Source: Candidatus Multivoradales bacterium (lineage in GTDB: Bacteria; Acidobacteriota; Thermoanaerobaculia; Multivoradales; JAHEKO01). From it: a stretch of DNA of 64,000 nucleotides. Each line of letters starts with the position of its first letter. Positions within the stretch are counted from its first letter, which is position 1. Positions 1 through 12,924 of the stretch are shown piece after piece. The notes under the pieces were generated by a model that was not told the DNA's origin, did no database searches, and worked only from the letters and a program-made list of their open reading frames with translations. The DNA is taken from the NCBI GenBank assembly GCA_965223155.1, contig CBDCVR010000014.1:1267881-1331880 (forward strand), in the 5' to 3' direction. A program made the translations under genes and the position numbers.

Positions 1-2
1 AT

Positions 3-398
3 GCGCGCACAGTCCGGAATTGGCGTCCCAGCTCGGCTCACAACGGACTCCTCGAGCTCCTCTTGGATCTCGGCATCGTAGGTCTGGTCCTCGTAGCACC
101 GAGCCTCTGGGAGACGACGCGCCGAGCCATAGCGCGAATGCGTCGTGGCGGCTGGCAATCTCTATGGCCACTGGCTCTGCTTCTCTATCTCTTCGCTCTC
201 AACTTGACTGAATCGGCCCTGGTGAACCGCAACAGCTTGTTCTGGATGCTGTACGTGGCGACCACCGTGCAGCTCGGCCTAGAGGAGCGTACCGGCCCCT
301 CAACCCGCGGCCAAGTCGTAGACCGAGGCCACGCAGCGGGCGGACCTCCGCCGGGACCAGAGGTCGAAGGCGGAGGGCCTCGGCCGAGATCGCTCTAG
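3..398 (+). CDS. O-antigen ligase/polymerase (WaaL/Wzy_C) family protein, 5'-truncated by window
   Basis: Frame 3 is open from the window edge and reads ...SAHNGLLELLLDLGIVG..., the HN..L....(E/D).G..G motif, followed by hydrophobic helices and 'NLTES'. Confidence 0.75.
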   Translation, partial: ARTVRNWRPSSAHNGLLELLLDLGIVGLVLVAPSLWETTRRAIARMRRGGWQSLWPLALLLYLFALNLTESALVNRNSLFWMLYVATTVQLGLEERTGPSTRGQVVDRGHAAGGPPPGPEVEGGGPRPRSL

Positions 399-1328
399 GC
401 GCAGCCAACCATAAATCGCTTCGATGGCTTCGGCATCGAGGCGGTCGGAAACGGCGAGCACCCAGCGCTCTCCTAGAGACTCTTGAAGATCTCGCGAGCG
501 GGCATTGTCGGCCATAACAATCGGCAAGCCCTGCTCCAGGGCGGTGACCGGCGCATACGAGTTAAAAGGCATGAGCGAGATGAGACCGTCGACCTGACCC
601 AGCAGCTCGGTCAACTCAGCCTCGGAAACATGCCGAGGAACCACGGTCAGCCCCGGCTCCCGCGCCGAAATTTCGAGCAAGCCTTCGACCAGCGGCGCCG
701 AGACGGGACGTCCTGCTAGGACCAGGCGGCGCAACGAGCGCGGTCTTTGAGCTTGAGCGTCGGCAAAGGCTTCGGCCAACTCCAGGAGCCGCTTGTCGCG
801 CGCCAGAGCACCGAGCATCAAGAGTGAAGCCGCTCCCTCGGAGGCGGGCCGAGCCCACAACCGCGATCCATCGATTCCGGATCGGCAGGTCGTCGTGGGC
901 ACTCCCCGGAGTTTCGGGAACGCGGCCTCGGCCTCCGCCTCTTGGCCGGGGGCCAGGAGGATCACCCTCCGCACGCACCCGGAGATCGCGCCAAAGATGA
1001 AGCGATCCAAGAGCCGAAGCATCGGCGAAGTCGTGCGCGGCTCCAAGTTGTGCACAGTCCAGACCAGCCGGTGCCCCCGGGCTGTCAAAAGAAGGCAGAG
1101 AAGAACTCCGTGGATCGCCTTCAGAACGCGGCGCGGAAGTCCTCGATTCGAGCGCACGAAATGTTCCGGCCAGTGAATGTGGACGATCCGTCGTCGTCCC
1201 AGGACGGAGCGAAGATTGAGGCCCCGAACCTCGACCCCCTCCTTCCTCAATGCGCGCGAGAGCTTGGCAATGTGCGGGCTCTGGCTGTTTCTTGGATCCG
1301 GGTGCCACAGCACGACTCGGCGGCGCAT
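300..1328 (-). CDS. GT-B (family 4-like) glycosyltransferase
   Basis: IVHIHWPE and LVWTVHNLEP motifs plus a GT-B C-terminal lobe. The ATG at 1328 was chosen so the gene does not overlap the divergent gene. Confidence 0.7.
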   Translation of the reverse strand: MRRRVVLWHPDPRNSQSPHIAKLSRALRKEGVEVRGLNLRSVLGRRRIVHIHWPEHFVRSNRGLPRRVLKAIHGVLLCLLLTARGHRLVWTVHNLEPRTTSPMLRLLDRFIFGAISGCVRRVILLAPGQEAEAEAAFPKLRGVPTTTCRSGIDGSRLWARPASEGAASLLMLGALARDKRLLELAEAFADAQAQRPRSLRRLVLAGRPVSAPLVEGLLEISAREPGLTVVPRHVSEAELTELLGQVDGLISLMPFNSYAPVTALEQGLPIVMADNARSRDLQESLGERWVLAVSDRLDAEAIEAIYGWLRLERSRPRPSAFDLWSRRRSARCVASVYDLAAG

Positions 1329-1358
1329 CGCAAGAGTATCCCCCAGAGTCCGAGCTGT

Positions 1359-3098
1359 ATGCTTCGCCCGCGAATGGGCCCGAAACCGTCGACCGACGCC
1401 GTCCCACCAGTTGGTGCCGACCGGAACCTTCGTCTGCGGCCCTCCATAGGAGGGTTGCTGGGCGTGCTTATTCTGGTCACCAGCTACGGTCCGACGGTCA
1501 CCGAGCACATGGCCCACGCTCGCGATCCCGCCTACCTGAACGATGACGCTCGCGCCGTACTGACTCCATACTTCAGCTGGACTCCACAAGGTTTTGCGGC
1601 CGGATATCCGGAGGCCTATCACCTCGCGGGCACACCCCTAGGTGTCCGCTCCGCCTATTCGGTTCTAGCGAGATTCTTCGACCCGGCCATAACCAGCAGT
1701 CGCCTTCCCTATCTTCTCTGGGTCGGAACAGCCGCCGCCGTCGCGGCTGCCGCGCATCGACTAGGCGGAGCAGCGGCGGCTGTTGGCTCTCTGGCGCTGT
1801 TCCTGGGAAGCGCCTACCCGATGGCTCGACTGGTCGGCGCTCTGCCACGAGCCTATGCGCTTCCCATTGTCGGGCTAGGAGCCTGGGCATTGATCACCAA
1901 TCGCAAGCGCGCGCTCGCGGTGAGCGTCGTCCTGGGTGCGGCGTTCTATCCAGCGAGCGGGATCCTGACCGGGACCGCCTTGGCCATGGTGCTCGTCGTC
2001 ACAGCACTCCAGCACCGATCGTCCAGACGCTACGCCGGTGTGCTGCTGGCGATCACTACCACCTGCGCGGCCACTCTGGTCGTCCCGCTGGCCCTGCGCT
2101 TCGCTCCGTTCGGCCCGAGCGTCAAACGAGCTGCCTTCTCAGAGCTGCCGGAGGCATCCCCACAGGGTCGGCTGCAAATCGCCGAGGACCGAGTCGAGAC
2201 CGACCTGCGTTCGGCGGTACGACGATCCGGCCGGGTCGCGCTTGTCGGCGCGCGCCCTTGGCTGCCGACGCTGCGGTCTGCTCTTTTCAGCCCACCACAG
2301 CGCAAGCCCATCGCGGCCTTGTTCGTGGCGATCCTCCTCCTAGGCTTCTTGTACCTTCTTCGGGCTGGTCCCCCCGCCAGACGTCTGTCGGTGCTCTTGC
2401 TCGCCGCAGCAGGCTTGTACTTGTTGGCTCAGATCGCTTTTCCGTACCTCTACTTGCCCGGACGCTACACAGCCTACGCCGTCCCGGTCCTCGCCTGGAT
2501 CCTGGCTCCCGCGAGCCTGGTGGCCTTACGTCGTCGTTTCGCCGCCGGCCGCCGGTGGCTCGACTGGGTCGCAATCGGAGCACTGCTGCTGGCACTCGGC
2601 GGACGTGGGGATCCCAAGGCCGGTTACACCTCGGTGATCGACATTTCGAACCCGGTCTTTGCCGCAGTCTCCGCCCTCGACTCGCAAAGCCTTGTAGCCG
2701 CCTGGCCGCGCGGACTGGCGGACAACCTACCCTACTGGACTCGGCGGCCGGTACTTGCCAACTATGAGAGTCACCTGCCGTACCACCGGGCCTACGTGCT
2801 GGAGATGCGAAGGCGAGTGCAAGCGATCATCGCCGCCTACTGGGCAAGATCGAACGAGCCGCTCCACGGGCTCCGTAGAGATTTCGGCGTCACTCACTTC
2901 CTGGTCGACAAACGTCTACTCTCCGGCGACGCCCCAAGCTACTTTGCCCCGTTCGACCAAGACATCGACCGTGCCCATTCAGCGACGGCGGAGGAAACGC
3001 CGGCTGTACTTCGCCTCGCGCCGTCGGCCACAGTCTACGAAGACGAACGGTACCTGTTGGTGGATCTGGTCCGCCTGGCCAAGGCTCCCAGCCCCTAA
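1359..3098 (+). CDS. Polytopic membrane protein, possible GT-C fold glycosyltransferase
   Basis: About 10 hydrophobic segments, an acidic NDD motif after the first TM, a 'PGRY' late loop and a soluble C-terminal domain. Lies in a glycan-gene neighbourhood. Start uncertain. Confidence 0.5.
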   Translation: MLRPRMGPKPSTDAVPPVGADRNLRLRPSIGGLLGVLILVTSYGPTVTEHMAHARDPAYLNDDARAVLTPYFSWTPQGFAAGYPEAYHLAGTPLGVRSAYSVLARFFDPAITSSRLPYLLWVGTAAAVAAAAHRLGGAAAAVGSLALFLGSAYPMARLVGALPRAYALPIVGLGAWALITNRKRALAVSVVLGAAFYPASGILTGTALAMVLVVTALQHRSSRRYAGVLLAITTTCAATLVVPLALRFAPFGPSVKRAAFSELPEASPQGRLQIAEDRVETDLRSAVRRSGRVALVGARPWLPTLRSALFSPPQRKPIAALFVAILLLGFLYLLRAGPPARRLSVLLLAAAGLYLLAQIAFPYLYLPGRYTAYAVPVLAWILAPASLVALRRRFAAGRRWLDWVAIGALLLALGGRGDPKAGYTSVIDISNPVFAAVSALDSQSLVAAWPRGLADNLPYWTRRPVLANYESHLPYHRAYVLEMRRRVQAIIAAYWARSNEPLHGLRRDFGVTHFLVDKRLLSGDAPSYFAPFDQDIDRAHSATAEETPAVLRLAPSATVYEDERYLLVDLVRLAKAPSP

Positions 3099-3151
3099 CA
3101 GGCCGCCGACGCGCGACTCGGAAAAGCAGTCTTTCTCCGGTCTGCTTCCGA

Positions 3152-6100
3152 TCAAATCTCGCGCGGAGCGGCGACCCCTGCGGCAGGACTGCCCGCAGCT
3201 CCGGCACCTTCGCCGTCTCCGGCCGAGGCCATCCGCCGCGCCGCCCGCTTCAAGGTGCCGCTGACGATGGCGCGGGCGTCGTCAAAAAAGGTGTAGAAGA
3301 CCGGGATGACGAGAAGGGTCAGGAGGGTCGCGGTGGTCAGGCCGCCGATCAGGGTCAGACCGAAGCTCCGGTAGCTCAAGCCGATGCTCGAGGAGCCCTG
3401 GACGGTCAGCGGCACCAAGCCGCCGATCGTTGTCAGCGCGGTCATCATGATCGGCCGGAAGCGGCGGCTGGCGGCCAGGAGCAGCGCTTCGCGCCGCTCG
3501 TAGCCCTGATGCCGCAGGCGGGTCACGTAGTCGACCAGGACGATGCCGTTGTTGACGACCACGCCAACGAGCAGGATTAGTCCGACGGCTCCCAAGAAGT
3601 CGATGTTGAGCCCGGAGAGAAAATGGCTCCAGTACACCCCCAGGCTCGCGAGCGGAATCGTCAGGATGATCGAAAGCGGCAGAATGAAGCTCTCGAACAG
3701 GAAGCCCATCAGCAGGTAGATGAAGATGACCGAAACGATGGCCGCGAAGATCATCCCCTGGAGATCCTCGCTCAGTCCCTCGTTGCCGCCCTGGGAGCCG
3801 AAGGTCACGCCCTCGGGCAGGTCGATCGCCGCGGTCAGAGCCATCAGGGTCGCCCGGGTGTCGTCTTCCTTGCCGTCTTCGAGCTCCATGGTGATCTCGC
3901 GCGAGGTGCGCTTGTTCTTGCGGAAGATGCGCTGCGCCGAGGCCAGATAGCGCGGTTCGGCGAGCGTCGAGAGTGGCACCGTGGCGCCGTCGTTGGTCGG
4001 CACCGAGAAATCAGCGAGTTCGTCGAGCGAGTCTCGGTCCTCTTCCCGGAAGCGCACGGTCACCGGGATCTCCTTGCCGCCGGCATGAAACCGCGGCAGC
4101 CCCTGGCCGCGCAAGGCGTAGCCGACCACCGCCGAGACCACCATGGGATTGATGTCCTGGGCTTGGAGGCGCTCCCGGTCCAGGACCAGCGCCATTTCGC
4201 TCGGGGTCTCGTCACCTACCTTCTTGGTGCCGATGACTCCCGGAACCCGGGTAAACAGGGCCTCCAAGTTCTCGGCCACGGTCTCGAGAATTTCGGAGTC
4301 CTCGCCTTCGATCATGACGGTGTGGAGGCTCTTGTTCTGGAACTGATCGCCGCGGCCGTCCTCGGCGGTCCGCACCTTGACTCCGGCCTTCTCGGGCAGG
4401 GCGTCGAGCACGGCCTTGGTGGCCTCGCGCAGGGATACGTCGTTGGTGCGCGGGCTCTTGAACCAACCCTGGAGCTCGCCGTAGGTCGAGCGATGGAAAA
4501 CGAACCAGCCGTCCAGATCGAGCTCCTCGGCATGGTCTTCGACGACCTTCTCCGCCGCCAGGAAGTACTCCTCGGCCTCTTCGAGGGTGGTGTTCTGGGC
4601 CAGGCTGACCGAGAGCTCGAAGCCGCCGCGGGCTTCTTCCTGCACTTCCACGAACTTGACCTTCTGGAAGATGACGCCGCTGACCAGGAAGATCGCCGCC
4701 AGCAGCAGGACGAGATCCAGACGCCGGTTCAGAAACACTCCCAGGAGACCCGTGTAGCCCTTGGCTAGGAGCCCGAAGGTGGCATCGTAGGCGCGCTTCA
4801 GCCAGTCGAAGACGACATGGGGCTGATCGTCGTCCCGCCCGTCCTCGGGCAGGGTCAGATAGACCGAGAGCGGAATAAAGATCAAAGCCACCAGAAGCGA
4901 GCCCAGAAGCGCCACCGAGATCGGAATCGAAAGCCGCAGCAGGAAGAACTGCCCCATCCCCTCGACCAGCGACACCGGCAGGAAAACGATGATCGTGGTC
5001 AGGGTGGCCATGACGATCGCCAGCGCGATCTCGCCCGCGCCCTCGATACAGGCGCGCCGCCGGGACAGCCCCTCGCGGTGGAGACGAAAGATGTTCTCGC
5101 CCACGACCACCGAATTGTCGACCAGGAGTCCGACCGAGATCATCAGCGCCAGCAGCGTCAGGATGTTGAGCGACTCGCCCGCGAAGTACATGGCGGTGAG
5201 GGCGATGACGATCGAGACCGGGATCGACAGGGTCACGATCAGGGTCATGCGGAACCGGCGCAGGAAGAAAAAGAGCACCAAGAGCGCGATGATGCCGCCG
5301 ATCCGGCCGCTCGCCAGAAGCGTGCCCAGGGACTCCATGATGACCTCGCCCTGATCGAAAAGGGTGGCCACGTCCACGACCTGGAGCCTGGGGTTGGCGC
5401 GCATCTCCTCGACCGCGGCGTCCACCCGCCGGGCCACCTCGAGCGAGTTGGCGTCGCCCTCCTTCATCACCGACACCGCCACCGCCGGCCGGCTCATGGC
5501 CCGGACCCGGTACTTCTTGTCCGGCAGGTCGTAGCTGACGGTGGCGATGTCTTTGAGCCTGGTGTTGGGTCCGACCAGCCGGTTCTCGAGCTCTTCGACG
5601 TGGTCGTAGCGAGCCACCGAGCGCAGGAGTAGCTTCTTGCCGCCGTGGCGGACGTCGCCGCTCGACAGGGTGAAGTTGTCGCCCGAGAGCTGCTGGGCCA
5701 GATCGTAGATGTTGAGTCCGGAGGCGGCGGTGCGCTCGCGGTCGAGCTCGATCAGGATCTCCTTCTCTTCGAGACCGTGGGTCTCGACCGAAGCCACGCC
5801 CTCGAGCCGCTCGAGACGCAGGACCACCTCGTCCTGGACCAAGTTGTAGACGTCGACCACGGCCGGATCGATCGCCAAGCCCACGAAGTAGATCGGAATG
5901 CCGGAAGCGTCATCCTTGAAGAGGAAGACCTGCTGAACGTCGTCGGGCATCTCGATCCGCGCCCGCTCCACGCGGTCGCGCGCCTCGCGATAGGCGACAT
6001 CCATGTCGGTGCCCTGCTTGAAGCGCAACGAGCACATGGCAAAGCCCGTGCGCGCGTACGAGTCGAGCTGGTCGATTCCGGCGATGGTCGAAAGCTCGGC

Positions 6101-6373
6101 CTCGAGAGGCAGGACGATCTTGTCCAGGACCTCCTGCGAGGGCGCGTCCCGCCACGGCACCTGGACGCTCAGGTGGGGCCCCTCGAAACCGGAGGGAAAG
6201 AGCTCGAGCGGAATGCTCAAGGTGGCGACCGCGCCCAACACGACCAGGGTCATGAGGATCATGAGCACGGTGATCCGCCGGTCGAGCGAAAAGCGCGGCA
6301 AGCGCGAATCGGTACCGCCCACGGGCTCGCCGGGCGTGGCGGGTTCTTGGCTCGGGGTTCGAGTCTCGTTCAT
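3152..6373 (-). CDS. RND efflux transporter permease (AcrB/AcrD/AcrF family)
   Basis: 1073 aa; GLLVDNSVVVGEN, GVVVNNGIVLVD and RFRPIMMTALTT motifs. Confidence 0.95.
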   Translation of the reverse strand: MNETRTPSQEPATPGEPVGGTDSRLPRFSLDRRITVLMILMTLVVLGAVATLSIPLELFPSGFEGPHLSVQVPWRDAPSQEVLDKIVLPLEAELSTIAGIDQLDSYARTGFAMCSLRFKQGTDMDVAYREARDRVERARIEMPDDVQQVFLFKDDASGIPIYFVGLAIDPAVVDVYNLVQDEVVLRLERLEGVASVETHGLEEKEILIELDRERTAASGLNIYDLAQQLSGDNFTLSSGDVRHGGKKLLLRSVARYDHVEELENRLVGPNTRLKDIATVSYDLPDKKYRVRAMSRPAVAVSVMKEGDANSLEVARRVDAAVEEMRANPRLQVVDVATLFDQGEVIMESLGTLLASGRIGGIIALLVLFFFLRRFRMTLIVTLSIPVSIVIALTAMYFAGESLNILTLLALMISVGLLVDNSVVVGENIFRLHREGLSRRRACIEGAGEIALAIVMATLTTIIVFLPVSLVEGMGQFFLLRLSIPISVALLGSLLVALIFIPLSVYLTLPEDGRDDDQPHVVFDWLKRAYDATFGLLAKGYTGLLGVFLNRRLDLVLLLAAIFLVSGVIFQKVKFVEVQEEARGGFELSVSLAQNTTLEEAEEYFLAAEKVVEDHAEELDLDGWFVFHRSTYGELQGWFKSPRTNDVSLREATKAVLDALPEKAGVKVRTAEDGRGDQFQNKSLHTVMIEGEDSEILETVAENLEALFTRVPGVIGTKKVGDETPSEMALVLDRERLQAQDINPMVVSAVVGYALRGQGLPRFHAGGKEIPVTVRFREEDRDSLDELADFSVPTNDGATVPLSTLAEPRYLASAQRIFRKNKRTSREITMELEDGKEDDTRATLMALTAAIDLPEGVTFGSQGGNEGLSEDLQGMIFAAIVSVIFIYLLMGFLFESFILPLSIILTIPLASLGVYWSHFLSGLNIDFLGAVGLILLVGVVVNNGIVLVDYVTRLRHQGYERREALLLAASRRFRPIMMTALTTIGGLVPLTVQGSSSIGLSYRSFGLTLIGGLTTATLLTLLVIPVFYTFFDDARAIVSGTLKRAARRMASAGDGEGAGAAGSPAAGVAAPREI

Positions 6374-6413
6374 CGTGGAGTCGCTTTCTTGGATATCCCT
6401 CGGATCTTGACGC

Positions 6414-9967
<3,554 letters not shown>

Positions 9968-9971
<4 letters not shown>

Positions 9972-11179
9972 TCGCCCGCCTCGTCCTCGACCGGCGCGGC
10001 GGCGGACTCGGCGCCGTTCCCGACGATCCGGACCACCGAACCGTCCTTCAAGCCGGCCTGGCCGGCGATCACGATGCGGTCGCCGTCCTCGAGGAGGCCC
10101 GCGGGCTCGATGTTGTCCCGATCTTCGAGGCGAGCCTCGACCAGCAAGCGCTCGACCTCGCCGTCGCCGGTCAACCGGAAGACGAAGATCTGGTCGGCGT
10201 CGTAGATCAGGGCCTTCTTCGGCACCAGCACCGCGCTGTCGTTGACCGCAGTCACCAGCTCGACCGAAACGTACATGCCAGGCAGAAGCTCCGAGCCGCG
10301 CGGAATAGCGATTGTAGCCTTGACCGTGCCGCTACGCGGGTCGACGCGCGGCGCGATCCGCTCGACCGTGCCGTAGCGCTCGGCGCCCCGGGCTCCCTCG
10401 GCGTAGATGCGGGCCTCGAGGCCCGTGCGGATCCGCCACAGGTCCTTTTCGGGCACGTAGACGCGAGCCACGATCGAGTCGAAGTCCACCAGGTCGAAGA
10501 GCGGCTGGCCGGCGGTCACTTGATTGCCGACGCTGACATGGCGCTGGGTCACGGTACCGGCGATCGGCGCGCGCACCTCGGTGTAGCCCAACTCGCGGCG
10601 GGCGTCCTGAAGAGCCAGCTCGAGCTGCTCCAGCTCGTAGGTGGCTTCGTTGTACGTCTGCTCGCTGATCAGCTGCTGCTCGAAGAGGTTGGTCTGGCGC
10701 TGGTACTCCCGCCGGGCCTTCGCCAGCTGGCCCTCGGTCCGGGCTAGCGCCGTCCGCAGCTCGTCGTTCTGCAACCGGAGCAGCACCCGTCCCTTGCCGA
10801 CTTCGTCGCCTTCTTCGACCAGGAGCTGGCGTACCGGAAGCTGCCGGGTCGCCTGGGAAACCACCTGGACCTCGCCCTCGGCTTCCAGATTGGTCGAGAA
10901 CCGCAGCAGGGTCTCGATCGGTCCCCGCTCCAGAATCGTGATCTCGACCGGAACGGCCTCGTCTGCATCGTCCTCGTCGTTCTCGGAGTCCGGCTTCTTG
11001 TCGCCGTCTTCGGAGGCCTTGCCGGATTCCTCCGCAGCCTCGCCATCCGACTCCCCGGCCGACTCCCCGTCCGGCCGCGAGCAGCCCACCGGGCCGCCGG
11101 CCAGAAGCGCCGCGAGGGTCGCCAATACGACCAGTAGGTAGAAATGTTTCGAGACTCCGACTCCAAGCGTAACTCGCAT
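9968..11179 (-). CDS. RND periplasmic adaptor (membrane fusion protein), probable lipoprotein
   Basis: LLVEEGDEV..G..LLRL and VRAPIAGTV hairpin/lipoyl motifs, IAPRVDPRSGT, LLPGMYV. Signal ends in PVGC. GGGAG RBS. Confidence 0.92.
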
Positions 11180-11266
11180 CCGTATCTCCCCGAGGTACCG
11201 TTCCCGTCTAACCTACTACGTCCGCGCCCTGGGCTGGTTTCCCGGACCTCGCGATACGCTTGCGCC

Positions 11267-12586
11267 ATGTCCGCGGCGTCCCAGAGCGCGTGGCGGCGAG
11301 CTCTCGACCTCGCCGACGCCACGCCGCCCACGCGCAACCGGTACGCCGATTTCCTGCGCGCCGCGTCGATCTCGGTCGTGGTGCTGGGCCATTGGCTGAT
11401 GGCGGCGCCGCACCGCCGCGCCGACGGCGTGGCCTTGGAGCACATGCTGGATGTCTCCTCCTGGACTCACTGGCTGACCTGGCTCCTCCAGGTCATGCCG
11501 ATCTTTTTCATCGTCGGCGGGTTTTCGAACTCGATCTCCTGGGAGAAGGCTCGCGAGCGGGGACTCGGCTACGCCGAATGGCTGGACTCGCGCCTCCGGC
11601 GCCTGGTGATGCCGGTCCTGCCCCTGCTTCTCGTCTGGGGGATCCTGGGCTCGGCCGCAATTCTGGCCAAGATCCGGCCCGAGACTTTGCGCGCCGGCTC
11701 CCAGATCGCGCTGGTCCCGACTTGGTTTCTGTGCGTCTATCTGGTCTCGATTCTGACCGTGCCCTGGACGCACGCCGCCTGGCGCCGGTTCGGCATGGGC
11801 TCGTTCGCGGCGCTGGCGGTGCTGGCGGCGGTGGTCGATCTGGCCGCCTTCGCCGGGGGCATGAAGGCGCTACGCTGGCTCAACTATCTCTTCGTCTGGT
11901 CGGCGGTACACCAGCTGGGCTACGCCTGGCGGAGCCGGCGCCTGGAAGGCTGGCGGCGGGTGGCCCTGGCCGGATTCGGTCTCGCCGCGCTCTTCGCTCT
12001 CGTGCTGCGCGGCCCCTACCCGGTCAGCATGGTAGGCGTGCCGGGCGAGGAGGTCTCGAACAGCCTGCCGCCGACGGTCGCGCTCCTCGCTCTTGGCATG
12101 TTCCAGGGAGGTCTCCTCCTGACTTTCGAGCCCTGGGTTTCGCGCTGGCTCGAGCGGCGCCGGGTGTGGGCGGCCACCGTCCTCGTCAACGCCAACATCA
12201 TGACCCTCTATCTCTGGCATTCGACGGTCTTGGTGCTGGTCATCGGTCTCCTGGTGCGCCTGAACGGCCTGGGACTCGGCCTGGCGCCGGGAACCGGTAC
12301 CTGGTGGTGGTCCCGGATTCCGTGGGTGTTGGCTCTGGCGGCGCTGCTGCTGCCGGTCCTGGCCCTCTTCGGCCGCTTCGAGCGGCCGTCGGCGCGGCCC
12401 GGCCCGCCACCCGCGGCCTGGCGGCTGATCGTGGCGGCTCTTCTCTTCTGCGGCGGAGTCGCGATTCTGGCCTACAACGGCGTCGGCGGAGGCCGGTTCG
12501 GCCTCCGCATCGTGGCCCTGGCTCTGCCGTTTGCCGGAGCCGCCCTGGCGCAGTTCGGCTGGCGCCGGGGATCAAGTCCTACCTAG
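11267..12586 (+). CDS. Acyltransferase-3 family membrane protein
   Basis: RNRYADFLRAASISVVVLGHW, QVMPIFFIVGGF and MTLYLWH motifs; polytopic. Confidence 0.85.
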   Translation: MSAASQSAWRRALDLADATPPTRNRYADFLRAASISVVVLGHWLMAAPHRRADGVALEHMLDVSSWTHWLTWLLQVMPIFFIVGGFSNSISWEKARERGLGYAEWLDSRLRRLVMPVLPLLLVWGILGSAAILAKIRPETLRAGSQIALVPTWFLCVYLVSILTVPWTHAAWRRFGMGSFAALAVLAAVVDLAAFAGGMKALRWLNYLFVWSAVHQLGYAWRSRRLEGWRRVALAGFGLAALFALVLRGPYPVSMVGVPGEEVSNSLPPTVALLALGMFQGGLLLTFEPWVSRWLERRRVWAATVLVNANIMTLYLWHSTVLVLVIGLLVRLNGLGLGLAPGTGTWWWSRIPWVLALAALLLPVLALFGRFERPSARPGPPPAAWRLIVAALLFCGGVAILAYNGVGGGRFGLRIVALALPFAGAALAQFGWRRGSSPT

Positions 12587-12688
12587 CCCGACGGGATCGA
12601 CACCAGACTCCGGCGACGACATCTCCGGAAGGCCAACGGCAGGGCCCTCGATCGTTCTCAGGCCGAATCCATGCGGTGGAAAGCTCGG

Positions 12689-12724
12689 AAAAAGGTCGAG
12701 GCCCCGGAGAGCATCCGGGGCCTC
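12689..12724 (-). terminator. Rho-independent terminator
   Basis: Perfect inverted repeat GAGGCCCCGGA (12698-12708) / TCCGGGGCCTC (12714-12724). A5 at 12689-12693 gives a U-tract on the minus strand. Confidence 0.7.
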
Positions 12725-12776
12725 TAAGGATGGTGTGCTTAGCGATGGGAAGATGGGAAATGGCCACCGCAAGCAC
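12689..12776 (-). ncRNA. Candidate small RNA (two hairpins, intrinsic terminator)
   Basis: Minus strand: hairpin GTGCTTGCGGTGG/CCATCGCTAAGCAC with a C/U-rich loop, then a perfect 11-bp hairpin and a T5 tract. A promoter-like sequence lies just upstream. Confidence 0.45.
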
Positions 12777-12780
12777 GCTC

Positions 12781-12809
12781 AGGATATCACGGACCGGTAC
12801 CGGACCCAA
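12781..12809 (-). promoter_or_regulatory. Putative sigma-70 promoter for the candidate sRNA
   Basis: Minus strand TTGGGT-17 bp-TATCCT with an extended -10 TG (TGaTATCCT). Confidence 0.35.
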
Positions 12810-12924
12810 ATCGCAGATCCGGCGGCTGGTTACTCCACTACCGAACCTCGCCAAATAGGACCGCTCATTCGATACTCTCGCTGGGCTTCCAGCTCATCGA
12901 GCCCGGTCCGGGCCGCAGCCCAGT

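Noticed and set aside
300-398. 99-bp convergent overlap of the ligase-like and glycosyltransferase genes
   Set aside because: Both tails are low-complexity; stop-codon drift is common in GC-rich genomes.
12587-12924. Glycine riboswitch upstream of the GcvT-like gene
   Set aside because: A GGAGAG occurs, but inside a terminator hairpin. I could not build the tandem aptamer structure, and the gene is not in a gcvTHP operon.
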